From: an uncultured Gemmatimonadaceae bacterium | GTDB lineage: Bacteria > Gemmatimonadota > Gemmatimonadetes > Gemmatimonadales > Gemmatimonadaceae | Assembly (NCBI GenBank): GCA_963781585.1 | Contig: CAWAGQ010000013.1 | Coordinates: 416,001 to 480,000, forward strand | Length of the DNA: 64,000 nt | Direction: 5' to 3' | In this document: piece by piece, positions 32,138 to 41,336 of the stretch | Position numbering within the stretch: the first letter of the stretch is position 1 | Layout: each line of letters begins with the position of its first letter | Translations under genes and position numbers: made by a program | Notes under the pieces: generated by a model | The model's input: the letters and a program-made list of their open reading frames with translations, nothing else | The model's database searches: none | What the model was told of the DNA's origin: nothing

Positions 32138-35100
32138 ATGAATCGGCCGCGGTCACCGATGCGCATCGTGAGCCTGGCTGCCACGTTAGGCATGCTGTCG
32201 TCGGGCGCGCGTGAGGTGTCCGGGCGGGGCCTCGGCGCCAGCCGGGTGCAGTCAGGCGCCACCGTCGACGTCACCATCCACGAGGGGACGTCGATGGCGG
32301 TGGCCGCGTCGCCCGACGGACGCACCCTGGTCGTCGATCTCCAGGGGAGCCTGTACACACTGCCGGCTACCGGGGGCACGGCGACCCGCATCACCGACCT
32401 GTTCAACGATGCGCGCCAGCCAGCCTGGTCGCCCGACGGACGGTGGATCGCCTTCCAGGGATATCGTGACGGCGGCTACGACGTCTGGGTCGTTGCCCCG
32501 GACGGATCGGGACAGCACCAGTTGACGTGGGGTCCGTACGACGACCGTGAGCCCGTCTGGTCGCACGACGGCTCGCGCGTGGCCTTCTCGTCCGACCGCG
32601 GTGGCAACTACGACATCTGGGTCCTGGACACGCGGACCGGCGAGATCCGCCAGGTCACCCGCGATCCGGCCGAAGACTACATGCCCACCTGGGCGCCGCA
32701 CGACGACGAGATCGCGTTCATCTCCACCCGCGGAGGCGGTGCGGGTGTGTGGGCCGTGCGCCTGACCGACGAGTCCGAACGCCGACTCTCGGCGCCGGGT
32801 GTGCGCGCCGACGCACCGTCGTGGGGCCCCGGCGGACAGATCGTCTTTCACGCCACCACCGCCGGTGCCAGTCAGTACGAGATCGACAGTACCGCGATCA
32901 CCGGCGACGAGAACGTCTTCCCGTTCCGCGCCAGCTGGCTGTCGCCGACGGAATTCGTCTACGTCTCCGATGGAAAGATCCGGCGCCGCACGCTGGGTGT
33001 CGCCGCGGCGCAGACCATCGAGTTCTCGGCCACGCTGCAGGTCACCCGCGCCGGGTACCAGCACCGCAAGCGCGACTTCGACAGCCGCGCGCCGCGCCGG
33101 GTGGTGGGCATCAACACGCCGGCCATCTCGCCCGACGGCAGGCAGGTGGCGTTCACCGCACTCCACGATCTTTACGTGATGCCGGTAGGCGGCACGCCGG
33201 TGAACCTCACCAACGACCGCTTTCTCGACGCCGATCCGGCATGGTCGCCCGACGGCTCCCGGCTGGCGTGGTCCACCGATCGCGGCGGCCAGCTGCAGGA
33301 CCTCTGGATTCGCGACATGAAGACCGGCCGGGAGCGCCGCCTCACGAGTCTCCCGACTTCGGCACTGAAAGCGGCGTGGTCGCGCGACGGCAAACGCATT
33401 GCGTTCAGCGACGTGGACGCCATGTGGCGGCGCGCGACCGTGTCGGTGGTGGACGTGGCCTCCGGCAGGGTGACCCGGTTGCACGACGCCCTCTTCGCGC
33501 CGGGGACGGCGACCTGGTCGCCGAACGACCGGCGGGTGGCGATGACGTCGTTGATCCCGTTCTCGACCCGGTTCCGTGAGGGGACCAATCAGATCCTCAC
33601 CATGAACCCTGACAGCGCCGGCGACGAGCAGTGGTTCACGCCGGTGCCGAATCTGTCGATCGATTCGCGGGTGGGCGCCGGACCGGCGTGGTCTCCCGAC
33701 GGCACGAAGATGGCCATCGTGTACCAGGGCCTCCTCTCCGTGATCCCCGTGTCGTCCGCCGGCGAGCCGCTCGGCCCTCCCCGGCGCCTGACGAGTGAGA
33801 TGGCGTACGCGCCGACCTGGACCGGGGACTCGAAGCACATCCTGTACCAGTCGCTCGACCGGCTGCGGTTGGTGGACGTCGAGACCGGGCGGATTGCCGA
33901 CGTCCCGGTCGATCTCACCTACTCGGTGGACGTCCCCTCCGACCAATACGTGGTGCACGCCGGACGGCTGGTGGACGGCAAGAGCCCCACCGCGCGTTCC
34001 AACGTGGACATCGTCATCGCGGGGAATCGCATCCGCAGCGTCGCGCCCCATGGCGCGGCGGCTCACGCCGGCATGCGGGTCGTGGACGCGTCGAACTACA
34101 CGGTGATGCCGGGACTGGTCGAATACCACTCGCACCTGCAGCCGGACCTGGGCGAGGCCGGACTGCGCGCCTGGCTCGCGTTCGGCATCACCACCGTGCG
34201 CAGTCCGGGCGGCATGCCGTACGAGGCCGCCGAGTTTCGGGAGGCCAGTGACGCCGGCAGGCAGTGGGGACCGAGGGTCTTTTCCACGGGCTATCTGCTC
34301 GAATGGCAGCGCGTCTACTATCCCATGGCGGTGCCGGTCTCCAGTGTGGCGCAGCTCGAGATGGAGTTGCAGCGCGAGAAGGTGCTGCAGCTCGACCTCA
34401 TCAAGAGCTACGTCCGGATGCCCGATCTGCAGCAGCGACGGATCGTCGAATTCGCGCACAGCATCGGCGTTCCGACCTCGAGCCACGAGATCTACCCGGC
34501 GGCCTTCGACGGCAGTGACGGCACCGAGCACATCACGGGCACGAGCCGCCGCGGCTATTCGCCCAAGATCGCCACCTTGCAACGCAGCTACGACGACATC
34601 GCCCAGCTGTGGGGGGCAGCCCGGATGACCGTCTGTCCCACGCTCGCACTGGGCGGGGCGACGCTGCGTGCAATCGTGGCCGCCGACTCCACGCTCCGGA
34701 CCGATCCGCGGATGCGGCTCTACGCCGTCTGGAATCGCGCGTCGGTGACGGGGGAGACCGGGGGCGGGCGCGGCGAGGGCGGCTTCGGCGGCGTCGCGGG
34801 ACGAGGAGGCCGGGGACGCGGACAGGGGGGTGCGGCCGGCGCGGCGGGGCGATCAGGTGGAGGAGGAGCGCGAGGAACGGGACGTGGCAGTGCGTCCGAT
34901 TTCGACGGCCCGGGCGACCTCATCATGCGGGCGATGCGGGCCGGCACGCGCATCGTCGCCGGTACCGATACGCCCGATGCACTGAATCTGCACGCCGAGA
35001 TCGCGGCCTATGTCGCGGCGGGCATGACGCCGTTCCAGGCGCTGCAGACCGCCACGGTGAATCCCGCGGCGGCGCTGAACCTCGATGCCGGGAGCATCGA

Positions 35101-35236
35101 AGCGGGAACGCTGGCCGACCTGGTCGTGGTCGACGGCAACCCGCTGGTGGACATCAACGCCACCCGCCGGGTGAAGCAGGTAATCGTCAACGGGCGCCTG
35201 TACGACCTCGCCGAACTCCTTCGGGGGTCACGTTAG
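32138..35236 (+). CDS. PD40/TolB-like beta-propeller fused to an amidohydrolase domain
   Basis: Many PxWSPDG repeats; VMPGLVEYHSH, AGTD, GSIEAGTLADLVVVDGNP; GAGGAG RBS before ATG 32138. Confidence 0.88.
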   Translation: MNRPRSPMRIVSLAATLGMLSSGAREVSGRGLGASRVQSGATVDVTIHEGTSMAVAASPDGRTLVVDLQGSLYTLPATGGTATRITDLFNDARQPAWSPDGRWIAFQGYRDGGYDVWVVAPDGSGQHQLTWGPYDDREPVWSHDGSRVAFSSDRGGNYDIWVLDTRTGEIRQVTRDPAEDYMPTWAPHDDEIAFISTRGGGAGVWAVRLTDESERRLSAPGVRADAPSWGPGGQIVFHATTAGASQYEIDSTAITGDENVFPFRASWLSPTEFVYVSDGKIRRRTLGVAAAQTIEFSATLQVTRAGYQHRKRDFDSRAPRRVVGINTPAISPDGRQVAFTALHDLYVMPVGGTPVNLTNDRFLDADPAWSPDGSRLAWSTDRGGQLQDLWIRDMKTGRERRLTSLPTSALKAAWSRDGKRIAFSDVDAMWRRATVSVVDVASGRVTRLHDALFAPGTATWSPNDRRVAMTSLIPFSTRFREGTNQILTMNPDSAGDEQWFTPVPNLSIDSRVGAGPAWSPDGTKMAIVYQGLLSVIPVSSAGEPLGPPRRLTSEMAYAPTWTGDSKHILYQSLDRLRLVDVETGRIADVPVDLTYSVDVPSDQYVVHAGRLVDGKSPTARSNVDIVIAGNRIRSVAPHGAAAHAGMRVVDASNYTVMPGLVEYHSHLQPDLGEAGLRAWLAFGITTVRSPGGMPYEAAEFREASDAGRQWGPRVFSTGYLLEWQRVYYPMAVPVSSVAQLEMELQREKVLQLDLIKSYVRMPDLQQRRIVEFAHSIGVPTSSHEIYPAAFDGSDGTEHITGTSRRGYSPKIATLQRSYDDIAQLWGAARMTVCPTLALGGATLRAIVAADSTLRTDPRMRLYAVWNRASVTGETGGGRGEGGFGGVAGRGGRGRGQGGAAGAAGRSGGGGARGTGRGSASDFDGPGDLIMRAMRAGTRIVAGTDTPDALNLHAEIAAYVAAGMTPFQALQTATVNPAAALNLDAGSIEAGTLADLVVVDGNPLVDINATRRVKQVIVNGRLYDLAELLRGSR

Positions 35237-35401
35237 GCTGCCGGGCGGACCTCGTGTCCAATCGCGATGCGGCGGGCGGGTGCGAGGAGTTTGCGGACCA
35301 GATCGAGCGTCTCCGTCACCTGTCCAGGCTGCCGGGTTGGACGCCAGAGGCGGGAAAAGGATTGGCCGTCCGTCCGCTGGACGCGCGACCATCGCCGCGG
35401 T

Positions 35402-36469
35402 TCAGGGAACCATCACCGCTCGCCTGAGCAGCCCGCCATGGTGTGCCAGGTCGAACACCTCGTTGATCCGCTCGAGCGGATGCCGCTCGACGTACGGCTT
35501 CACCCGGATACGGCCCGCCAGAATCCACTCGAGGATCTCCGCGTAGAGCAGGGGATCGGCACCCCAGTTCCCCCGCGCCTCGGCGTCGTAGGCCATCAGG
35601 TTCGACAGGCAGATCTCGATGCGGTCCATGGTATAGCCAACGACCGCCAGCGCGGCGCCGAATCCAATGAGTCCGAACGCGGTTTCCTGCCCGGCGCGCG
35701 TGCCAGACGTCTCGAAGATCTTCCACAGGAAGGGCGGGGCATCGAGGGAGTCGGCCGCGCTTCGCACCTGCTTCCGAATGTCCCTGGGGGCGACGCCGGC
35801 CACGTCGAGCGCGACGCCGGCGCCGGCGCCGCGGGCCTGCTCCAGCTTCCGCTTGTCCACGTCCAGCGCGATGACCTTGGCCCCTGAGGCGACCGCGATC
35901 TGCACACCATGCACGCCGATTCCTCCGGCGCCGATGAACACGGCGAGGTCGCCGGCGGAAAGGCCTGAGCGCTTGACCGCCTGGAACGGTGTCGAGACCG
36001 CATCGGAGACGACCGCCAGCTCCCACAGCTCGTGGGTGGCGAGCAACTCGTCAGGCACGGGACAGAGAAAGCGCGCCGGCACCACCACATGCGACTGGTA
36101 CCCTCCGTGGCGGTCATTCCCCGGCATCACCTGACTTCGGCAGATCGTGCGTCGTCCGGCCCGGCACAGCGCGCACTCGCCGCACGGCAGCACGGCCGGC
36201 ACGATGACGGCCCGTCCGACCAGCCGCGCATCGATGCCAGGACCCACGTTGTGGACGTATCCGCTGATCTCGTGTCCCAGCACCAGCGGCAGCGTGCCCC
36301 GCGTCTTGACGCCATGATGGAGAAACGACAGGTCGGTGTGGCAGACGCCGCACCCCGACACCTGGACCACCGCCTCGCCCGGCCCGGGCGCCTGCGGTTC
36401 GAGCGCACGGCGCTCGAACGGTGCCCCGGGTGCCGTCATCAGCCATGCGTCCCACGTGGCTTCGGCCAT
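35402..36469 (-). CDS. had: 6-hydroxycyclohex-1-ene-1-carbonyl-CoA dehydrogenase
   Basis: Zn-ADH motifs CGVCHTD, GHEISG, CGECALC...C; MPGNDRHGG, KIFETSG, LSNLMAYDA...GNWG; located in the bcr cluster. Confidence 0.88.
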   Translation of the reverse strand: MAEATWDAWLMTAPGAPFERRALEPQAPGPGEAVVQVSGCGVCHTDLSFLHHGVKTRGTLPLVLGHEISGYVHNVGPGIDARLVGRAVIVPAVLPCGECALCRAGRRTICRSQVMPGNDRHGGYQSHVVVPARFLCPVPDELLATHELWELAVVSDAVSTPFQAVKRSGLSAGDLAVFIGAGGIGVHGVQIAVASGAKVIALDVDKRKLEQARGAGAGVALDVAGVAPRDIRKQVRSAADSLDAPPFLWKIFETSGTRAGQETAFGLIGFGAALAVVGYTMDRIEICLSNLMAYDAEARGNWGADPLLYAEILEWILAGRIRVKPYVERHPLERINEVFDLAHHGGLLRRAVMVP

Positions 36470-36486
36470 CGCCGTCTGGACTCCTC

Positions 36487-38388
36487 TCAGGACTCCGTGG
36501 TGTTGATGACGACCGTGTCGTCGCCGAATATGAAGCTTCCGCACTCGTGGCATCGATCGAGGGTACGATCCGCCCCCGCAAAACAGCGCCGGTCGTCAGG
36601 CGCCAGCCGCATCACCTTCCGCAGGAAGCGGCAGTCGCAGTCACCGCTGGGCTCGTAGACCGCGTCCAGGTACGACCCGGCGTCTTCCAGCACATTGCGC
36701 ACCCGGACCTTGAGCGACGGCGTGAGCTCCTGCTCGTCGATCGAGAGCTCCTTGCTGATCACCGCGAAGGCCTGGATGCGCTCGTACTTCACGGGATGCT
36801 CCCGATTGAAGGCGAGGATCGTCGCCCGCAACGAGTCCCGCACGACGCGCTCGGCGCGCGCCCGGTCGTCGCCGAACTCTTCGCCGATCCGGAAGAAGTC
36901 CGGGAAGATCAGGGCCGCGAGAAAGTCCCTTCCGCCGCCGGTCACGATGACGTGGCGGATGTACGAGTTCATCCCGGCAAGCCGGTTCTCGATGCCCGTC
37001 GGCACCACCTTCTCCGCGTTCAGCATCTTGAACACGCGATCCTTCCGCGCGACCAGCTTGAGTCCGGCGCCTGCCAGCTCGCCCAGGTCGCCGGTGTGAA
37101 ACCATCCGTCGCCGGGCAGCGCCGCGGCGGTTGCCGCCGGATTCCGGAAGTAACCGCGCATGACGTTAGGCCCCTGCACCAGGATCTCGCCGTCTTCGGC
37201 AATCCGGACCCGTACCCCCGGGATGGGATACCCGACCATGCCCGGAACCGTACGGGGCTCGCCGAGATCCGTGAGCGTGCAGCACGGCGATGTCTCCGTG
37301 AGCCCCCAGCCCTCGAGTACCGGGATGCGCCGCCCGGCGAAGAAGCCGGAGACATTTGCCGGTAGCGGCGCGGCGGCCGTGAAAACGAAACGCAACCCGG
37401 GGTGGAAGATCCGCGCCTCCTGCTCGGGGTGCGCCTGCGCGTACGCAACCAGTTGCTGGTAGACCTTCGGAACGCTGAAGTAGATCGTGGGCCGCACCTC
37501 GAGCCACTGATCCAGCAGCCGCTCGAAGTTCTTGCCGAGCGACTGGTCGATGTGCAGTGCGGCGCCGCTGTACAGCGCACCGTATTTCTCGAAGATGCCG
37601 CCGAAACTGTGGTGCCAGGGGAGGTACGACAGGAACCGGTCGTCGGGAGTGACCGACCAGATGGCGGACAGGGCACGCTGCTGCGAGAGAATGTTGTCGT
37701 GGGTGAGCAGCACGCCCTTGAGCGGACCGCTGGTGCCTGACGTGTACATCATCAGGCTCGCCGTCGCCGGGTCGACGTTGGCGGCGTCGTCGAGGAAAGC
37801 GGTCAGGCGCTGCGGATCGTGTTCCGGCACTGCGAAGTCATGAAGGACGGCTCCGAACGTGGTGGGCTCCGAGCGCCTTCCGCGGTGCCGGCCCGCACCG
37901 GTACCTGACACCACGCCGTCGAACACGACGACCGCGCGCACGTGGTCGGGCACGCCGATACGAAGGAGATGATCGGGAGTCGCGACGATGAGCACCGTTG
38001 GTTCGGCATGCTCCACTAGTGCGCGCGCCTGCTCGGCCGGATAGCCGGTAAAGATGGGGACGTAGATCGCGCCAAGGCACATCGTCGCCATCTCCGCCAC
38101 CAGCATCTCGCCTCGATTTGGCGACAGCAGCACCACCCGGTCGCCCATCCGCACCCCGGACGAGGCGAGAAACGTGCCGAACGCGGCAACGTCCCGTGCG
38201 AACTGATGCCAGGTCGTCGCGCGGAACGCACCGTCGTGTCGTTCGGCGAACGCGGTTCGCCCGTCCAGTGCTGCCACGTTGCGCGCCAGCATCGCACCGA
38301 CGGATTCCGGTTCGCCCAGCGGGGCGAGGCGCGAGAAGATCACGTCGCCCTCGCGCGCGGCGGCCCGGGAGGAGCCTCCGTCAGTCAT
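36487..38388 (-). CDS. AMP-dependent acyl-CoA synthetase (long-chain type) with Cys-rich C-terminal tail
   Basis: YTSGTSGPLKG, EGWGLTETSP, FHTGD, ELTPSLKVR. Confidence 0.85.
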   Translation of the reverse strand: MTDGGSSRAAAREGDVIFSRLAPLGEPESVGAMLARNVAALDGRTAFAERHDGAFRATTWHQFARDVAAFGTFLASSGVRMGDRVVLLSPNRGEMLVAEMATMCLGAIYVPIFTGYPAEQARALVEHAEPTVLIVATPDHLLRIGVPDHVRAVVVFDGVVSGTGAGRHRGRRSEPTTFGAVLHDFAVPEHDPQRLTAFLDDAANVDPATASLMMYTSGTSGPLKGVLLTHDNILSQQRALSAIWSVTPDDRFLSYLPWHHSFGGIFEKYGALYSGAALHIDQSLGKNFERLLDQWLEVRPTIYFSVPKVYQQLVAYAQAHPEQEARIFHPGLRFVFTAAAPLPANVSGFFAGRRIPVLEGWGLTETSPCCTLTDLGEPRTVPGMVGYPIPGVRVRIAEDGEILVQGPNVMRGYFRNPAATAAALPGDGWFHTGDLGELAGAGLKLVARKDRVFKMLNAEKVVPTGIENRLAGMNSYIRHVIVTGGGRDFLAALIFPDFFRIGEEFGDDRARAERVVRDSLRATILAFNREHPVKYERIQAFAVISKELSIDEQELTPSLKVRVRNVLEDAGSYLDAVYEPSGDCDCRFLRKVMRLAPDDRRCFAGADRTLDRCHECGSFIFGDDTVVINTTES

Positions 38389-39223
38389 CGCCATCGTCCT
38401 TGCCATGGCGCGCGAGGGCAGCCTCACGAGTCGCGCCATCCGGGCCCACCGATACCGCGCCCTCGCGCGCGGCCAGTGCCGCGCCGAACGCGCCCATCTC
38501 CTGGGGATGTGGCGGGACGACGACTTCGCAGCGAAGCTCAGACGACAGCAGCGCGACCATGGTCGGATGAAACGCCACCACGCCGCCGGTGGCGACGACC
38601 TGCCCGTGAAAGACATCCATGGCTATCACCCGCTTCACCAGCGAGCGGTAGGCGGCCATTGCCAGGTCGGCCGGCCGGTTCCCGCTGCGAATGAGCGCCA
38701 GCAACTCGGTGCCGGCGAATACGGTGCAGAAGCTCGACAGCTCGAGCGCGTTGGAGGCCTGCTTCGCGAGAGCGTCCATCTCCTCCACGCGGATTCCGAG
38801 TCGAAGCGCGATCTCGTCGAGAAAGCTTCCGGTGCCGGCGGCACACTTGCGGTTCATGCGGTGCGACACGCGTTGCCCGGCGGCGTCGAACCGGATCACC
38901 TTGGCGTCCTGTCCGCCGATATCGATGACCGTCGCCGGACCGGGGATATAGAACGCAGCGCCGCGGCCGTGGCAGTCCAGCTCGGTGCGCGAGCCGTGGG
39001 CGAATGTCACCGCCTGACGCCCGAATCCCGTCGCCCAGATCGCGCGCACCTGGCCGGCCTCACACCCCGCGTCGGCCAGCGCGTTGGCGTAGACCCGCTC
39101 GGCGGCCGCGGCCAGATCTGCACCCGAGCGCACCACCGACATCCCGAGCACCCGCGCGCCGGCGTCGATGATGACCGCCTTCGTGTTCCACGAGCCGCTG
39201 TCGATGCCGGCGTAGAGCGTCAT
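38381..39223 (-). CDS. HgdC/BcrAD-family activator ATPase
   Basis: GIDSGSWNTK, ATGFGR, IDIGGQDAK, KCAAGTGSFL, SFCTVFA. Confidence 0.9.
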   Translation of the reverse strand: MTLYAGIDSGSWNTKAVIIDAGARVLGMSVVRSGADLAAAAERVYANALADAGCEAGQVRAIWATGFGRQAVTFAHGSRTELDCHGRGAAFYIPGPATVIDIGGQDAKVIRFDAAGQRVSHRMNRKCAAGTGSFLDEIALRLGIRVEEMDALAKQASNALELSSFCTVFAGTELLALIRSGNRPADLAMAAYRSLVKRVIAMDVFHGQVVATGGVVAFHPTMVALLSSELRCEVVVPPHPQEMGAFGAALAAREGAVSVGPDGATREAALARHGKDDGDD

Positions 39224-40512
39224 CGTCCTCCCGCCTGACGACTGGCCGAGCGCGCGTCCGCCAGCTGCTCGACGAATCCTTCGATGTTGGTGCGCGCCTG
39301 CTCGTCCGAGAAGCAGCGCAGGTCGTTCACGTCGCCGTCGACCACCAGCGCCGGAATCTGCAGACGTTCGGACAGCCGGCGCGGCATGCCGTAGCGTGTG
39401 TTCGTGTTGTTGGGGCAGGTGCGGCAGTCATGGAAGACAAGTCCGTCCACGCCGTAGTCCTCGATCATCCGTTCGATGTATCGCTCCTTTGCCGCCTCGG
39501 AGCGCACGATGAACAGCTCGAGCGATGCGCGCGCCATCGAGCGAATCGGGTCGGCCGCGTCGAGGGCGGAGAAGATCCAGCTGTTGCAGTAGGTGGAGGA
39601 GACCACCGCCGCGCGAAATTCGCCGAACAACGTCGACAGCGCGCGCAGTCGGCCCCAGATGGGCATCCCGTCCCAGTACAGGCGGAACGATTCTCCGGCG
39701 ACCGCGGCGATGCCGTCGTGGGCACGCTCCTCGAGTTCGCGCCTGAGGACCCGATAGTACGCACAGGCCTCCGGTGCGCCGCGCAGCACCACCGCCGGTC
39801 CCATGTGCACGGTGCCGTCGAAAAACGTCAGCGGCGCGGGCTGGTGCGCGGCAGTCCGCAGACACGCCTCCCAGAGATCCGAGCACTCGCGTGAACAGGA
39901 GACGGCGGACGCGAGGGACGCGTCATCGAGCCGTCTTCCGGCGACGGACTCGAGCGTCGGCACGAGCTGCTCCAGCTGTCGCGCGATCGCGTCGGTGTCG
40001 CCCTCCGACACCTCGTCGATACTCCGCGGCGAGTGGACGCCGACGACCGGGACGCTCCACTCTCTTCCGTACCACCCGAACCAGTCGGACACGTCGCGGC
40101 ATTGATTCGTGCTGAAGACCAGCACGTCCGCGCGCGGCACGCGGTGCAGCCCGTAGGCCGCGAGCGGCGTCTCGCCGGCGAGATATGCCCCGATGTCGCT
40201 GGTGAGGTACGAGCAGATCTCCGGTGAATACCCCTGTGCGTGCGCCAGCGGCAGGTACCGGCCGGCGCTCCGCGCCGTGCCCAGCATGGCGGCGTGGTTC
40301 TCGGGGAAGAAGACGCGGAAGCCAAGTGCGCGCAGCAGCTCGGCGGGTCCGACACTCGTGCACCACGCTACCGGCGACAGGTTGCGCTCGCTCTCGGCGA
40401 ACGAACGGTAGTACGCGCCCATCGTGTCGCGCAGGGCGCTTGTGCTGCGGATCTCCCTCCCGTTCGGGCCTGCCGCCCCCACGCCATCACCTCGTGCCCG
40501 GGTATCGCTCAT
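39220..40512 (-). CDS. 2-hydroxyacyl-CoA dehydratase / BcrB-family [4Fe-4S] subunit
   Basis: FPENHAA, EICSY, NQCRD, HDCRTC, DGDVND. ATG overlaps the upstream TGA. Confidence 0.88.
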   Translation of the reverse strand: MSDTRARGDGVGAAGPNGREIRSTSALRDTMGAYYRSFAESERNLSPVAWCTSVGPAELLRALGFRVFFPENHAAMLGTARSAGRYLPLAHAQGYSPEICSYLTSDIGAYLAGETPLAAYGLHRVPRADVLVFSTNQCRDVSDWFGWYGREWSVPVVGVHSPRSIDEVSEGDTDAIARQLEQLVPTLESVAGRRLDDASLASAVSCSRECSDLWEACLRTAAHQPAPLTFFDGTVHMGPAVVLRGAPEACAYYRVLRRELEERAHDGIAAVAGESFRLYWDGMPIWGRLRALSTLFGEFRAAVVSSTYCNSWIFSALDAADPIRSMARASLELFIVRSEAAKERYIERMIEDYGVDGLVFHDCRTCPNNTNTRYGMPRRLSERLQIPALVVDGDVNDLRCFSDEQARTNIEGFVEQLADARSASRQAGGR

Positions 40513-41336
40513 TGTACCGTTCCCGCGGCGACAGGGTGTTCGACGGTCTGCGGCAGTGGTCGCGCGGCCATTATCGCGGCGCCCAGGGCTCCTGTGAAGA
40601 TCGGTTCCGGCACTGCCTTGACGGTCATGCCGGTGAGCGACTCCAGCGCGCGGAGCACGCCAGGGAAGTACTCGGCCACGCCGCCGCACACCACGATGGG
40701 ATCCTGGAACCCGCCGATCTCGAGGACCCGCTCCGCGATCGAGTGCATGCAGCCGAACGCCACCTCCTCGCGGGTCGCGCCGTCGCGGAGCCGCTCGAGC
40801 ACGTCGGAGGCGGAGAACACCGAACAGTAGCTGCTCACCTGGGCGGGTCGCTCAGCGGCCGCGGCCAGCTCCTGAAGCCGGAGGGCGCTCACGTCCAGGT
40901 GCCGCGCGGTGAACATGAGGAAACTCCCCACGCCAAGCGCACAGCGGCGAACGCCCCGGGCCTCCAGCTGGTGTCCATCCGCGCTCACCTGGATCACGCG
41001 CGGGTCGCGCCCTCCGATGTTCACCAGCGTCATGGGTTCGCGCAGATGGTGGAATGCTCCCAGGGCGTGGCACGCCGTCTCCGATGCGGTGAGGGTTGCG
41101 TGCGGCACGCAGTTCATGGCGAACCCGGTGGCCCCGACGCCGACGAGGTCGTCCTCGCGCCGCTGCGCGTCGTCGAGCGCGGCCATCAGCACTTCGTAGA
41201 TGCAGGCCTGGAAGTAGCCGCGCGTGGGCAGCACCGCCCGCCCGAGCACACGCCCGTCCTCACTGGCCACCAGCGCCTTCACGCATTCGGTCCCCGCGTC
41301 CACGCCCGCGGCGATCCTCGGTTCAGCCGGTTGCAT
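40509..41336 (-). CDS. Divergent HgdC/BcrAD-family activator ATPase
   Basis: GVDAGTECVK, VNIGGRD, RCALGVGSFL, SYCSVFS, CGGVA. Confidence 0.85.
   Translation of the reverse strand: MQPAEPRIAAGVDAGTECVKALVASEDGRVLGRAVLPTRGYFQACIYEVLMAALDDAQRREDDLVGVGATGFAMNCVPHATLTASETACHALGAFHHLREPMTLVNIGGRDPRVIQVSADGHQLEARGVRRCALGVGSFLMFTARHLDVSALRLQELAAAAERPAQVSSYCSVFSASDVLERLRDGATREEVAFGCMHSIAERVLEIGGFQDPIVVCGGVAEYFPGVLRALESLTGMTVKAVPEPIFTGALGAAIMAARPLPQTVEHPVAAGTVQ

Noticed and set aside
32252..34582. Long antisense ORFs (also 11742-13991, 41224-43725, 45461-47584, 48404-50365)
   Set aside because: Shadow ORFs of high-GC genes with no recognisable motifs; they fully overlap well-supported genes.
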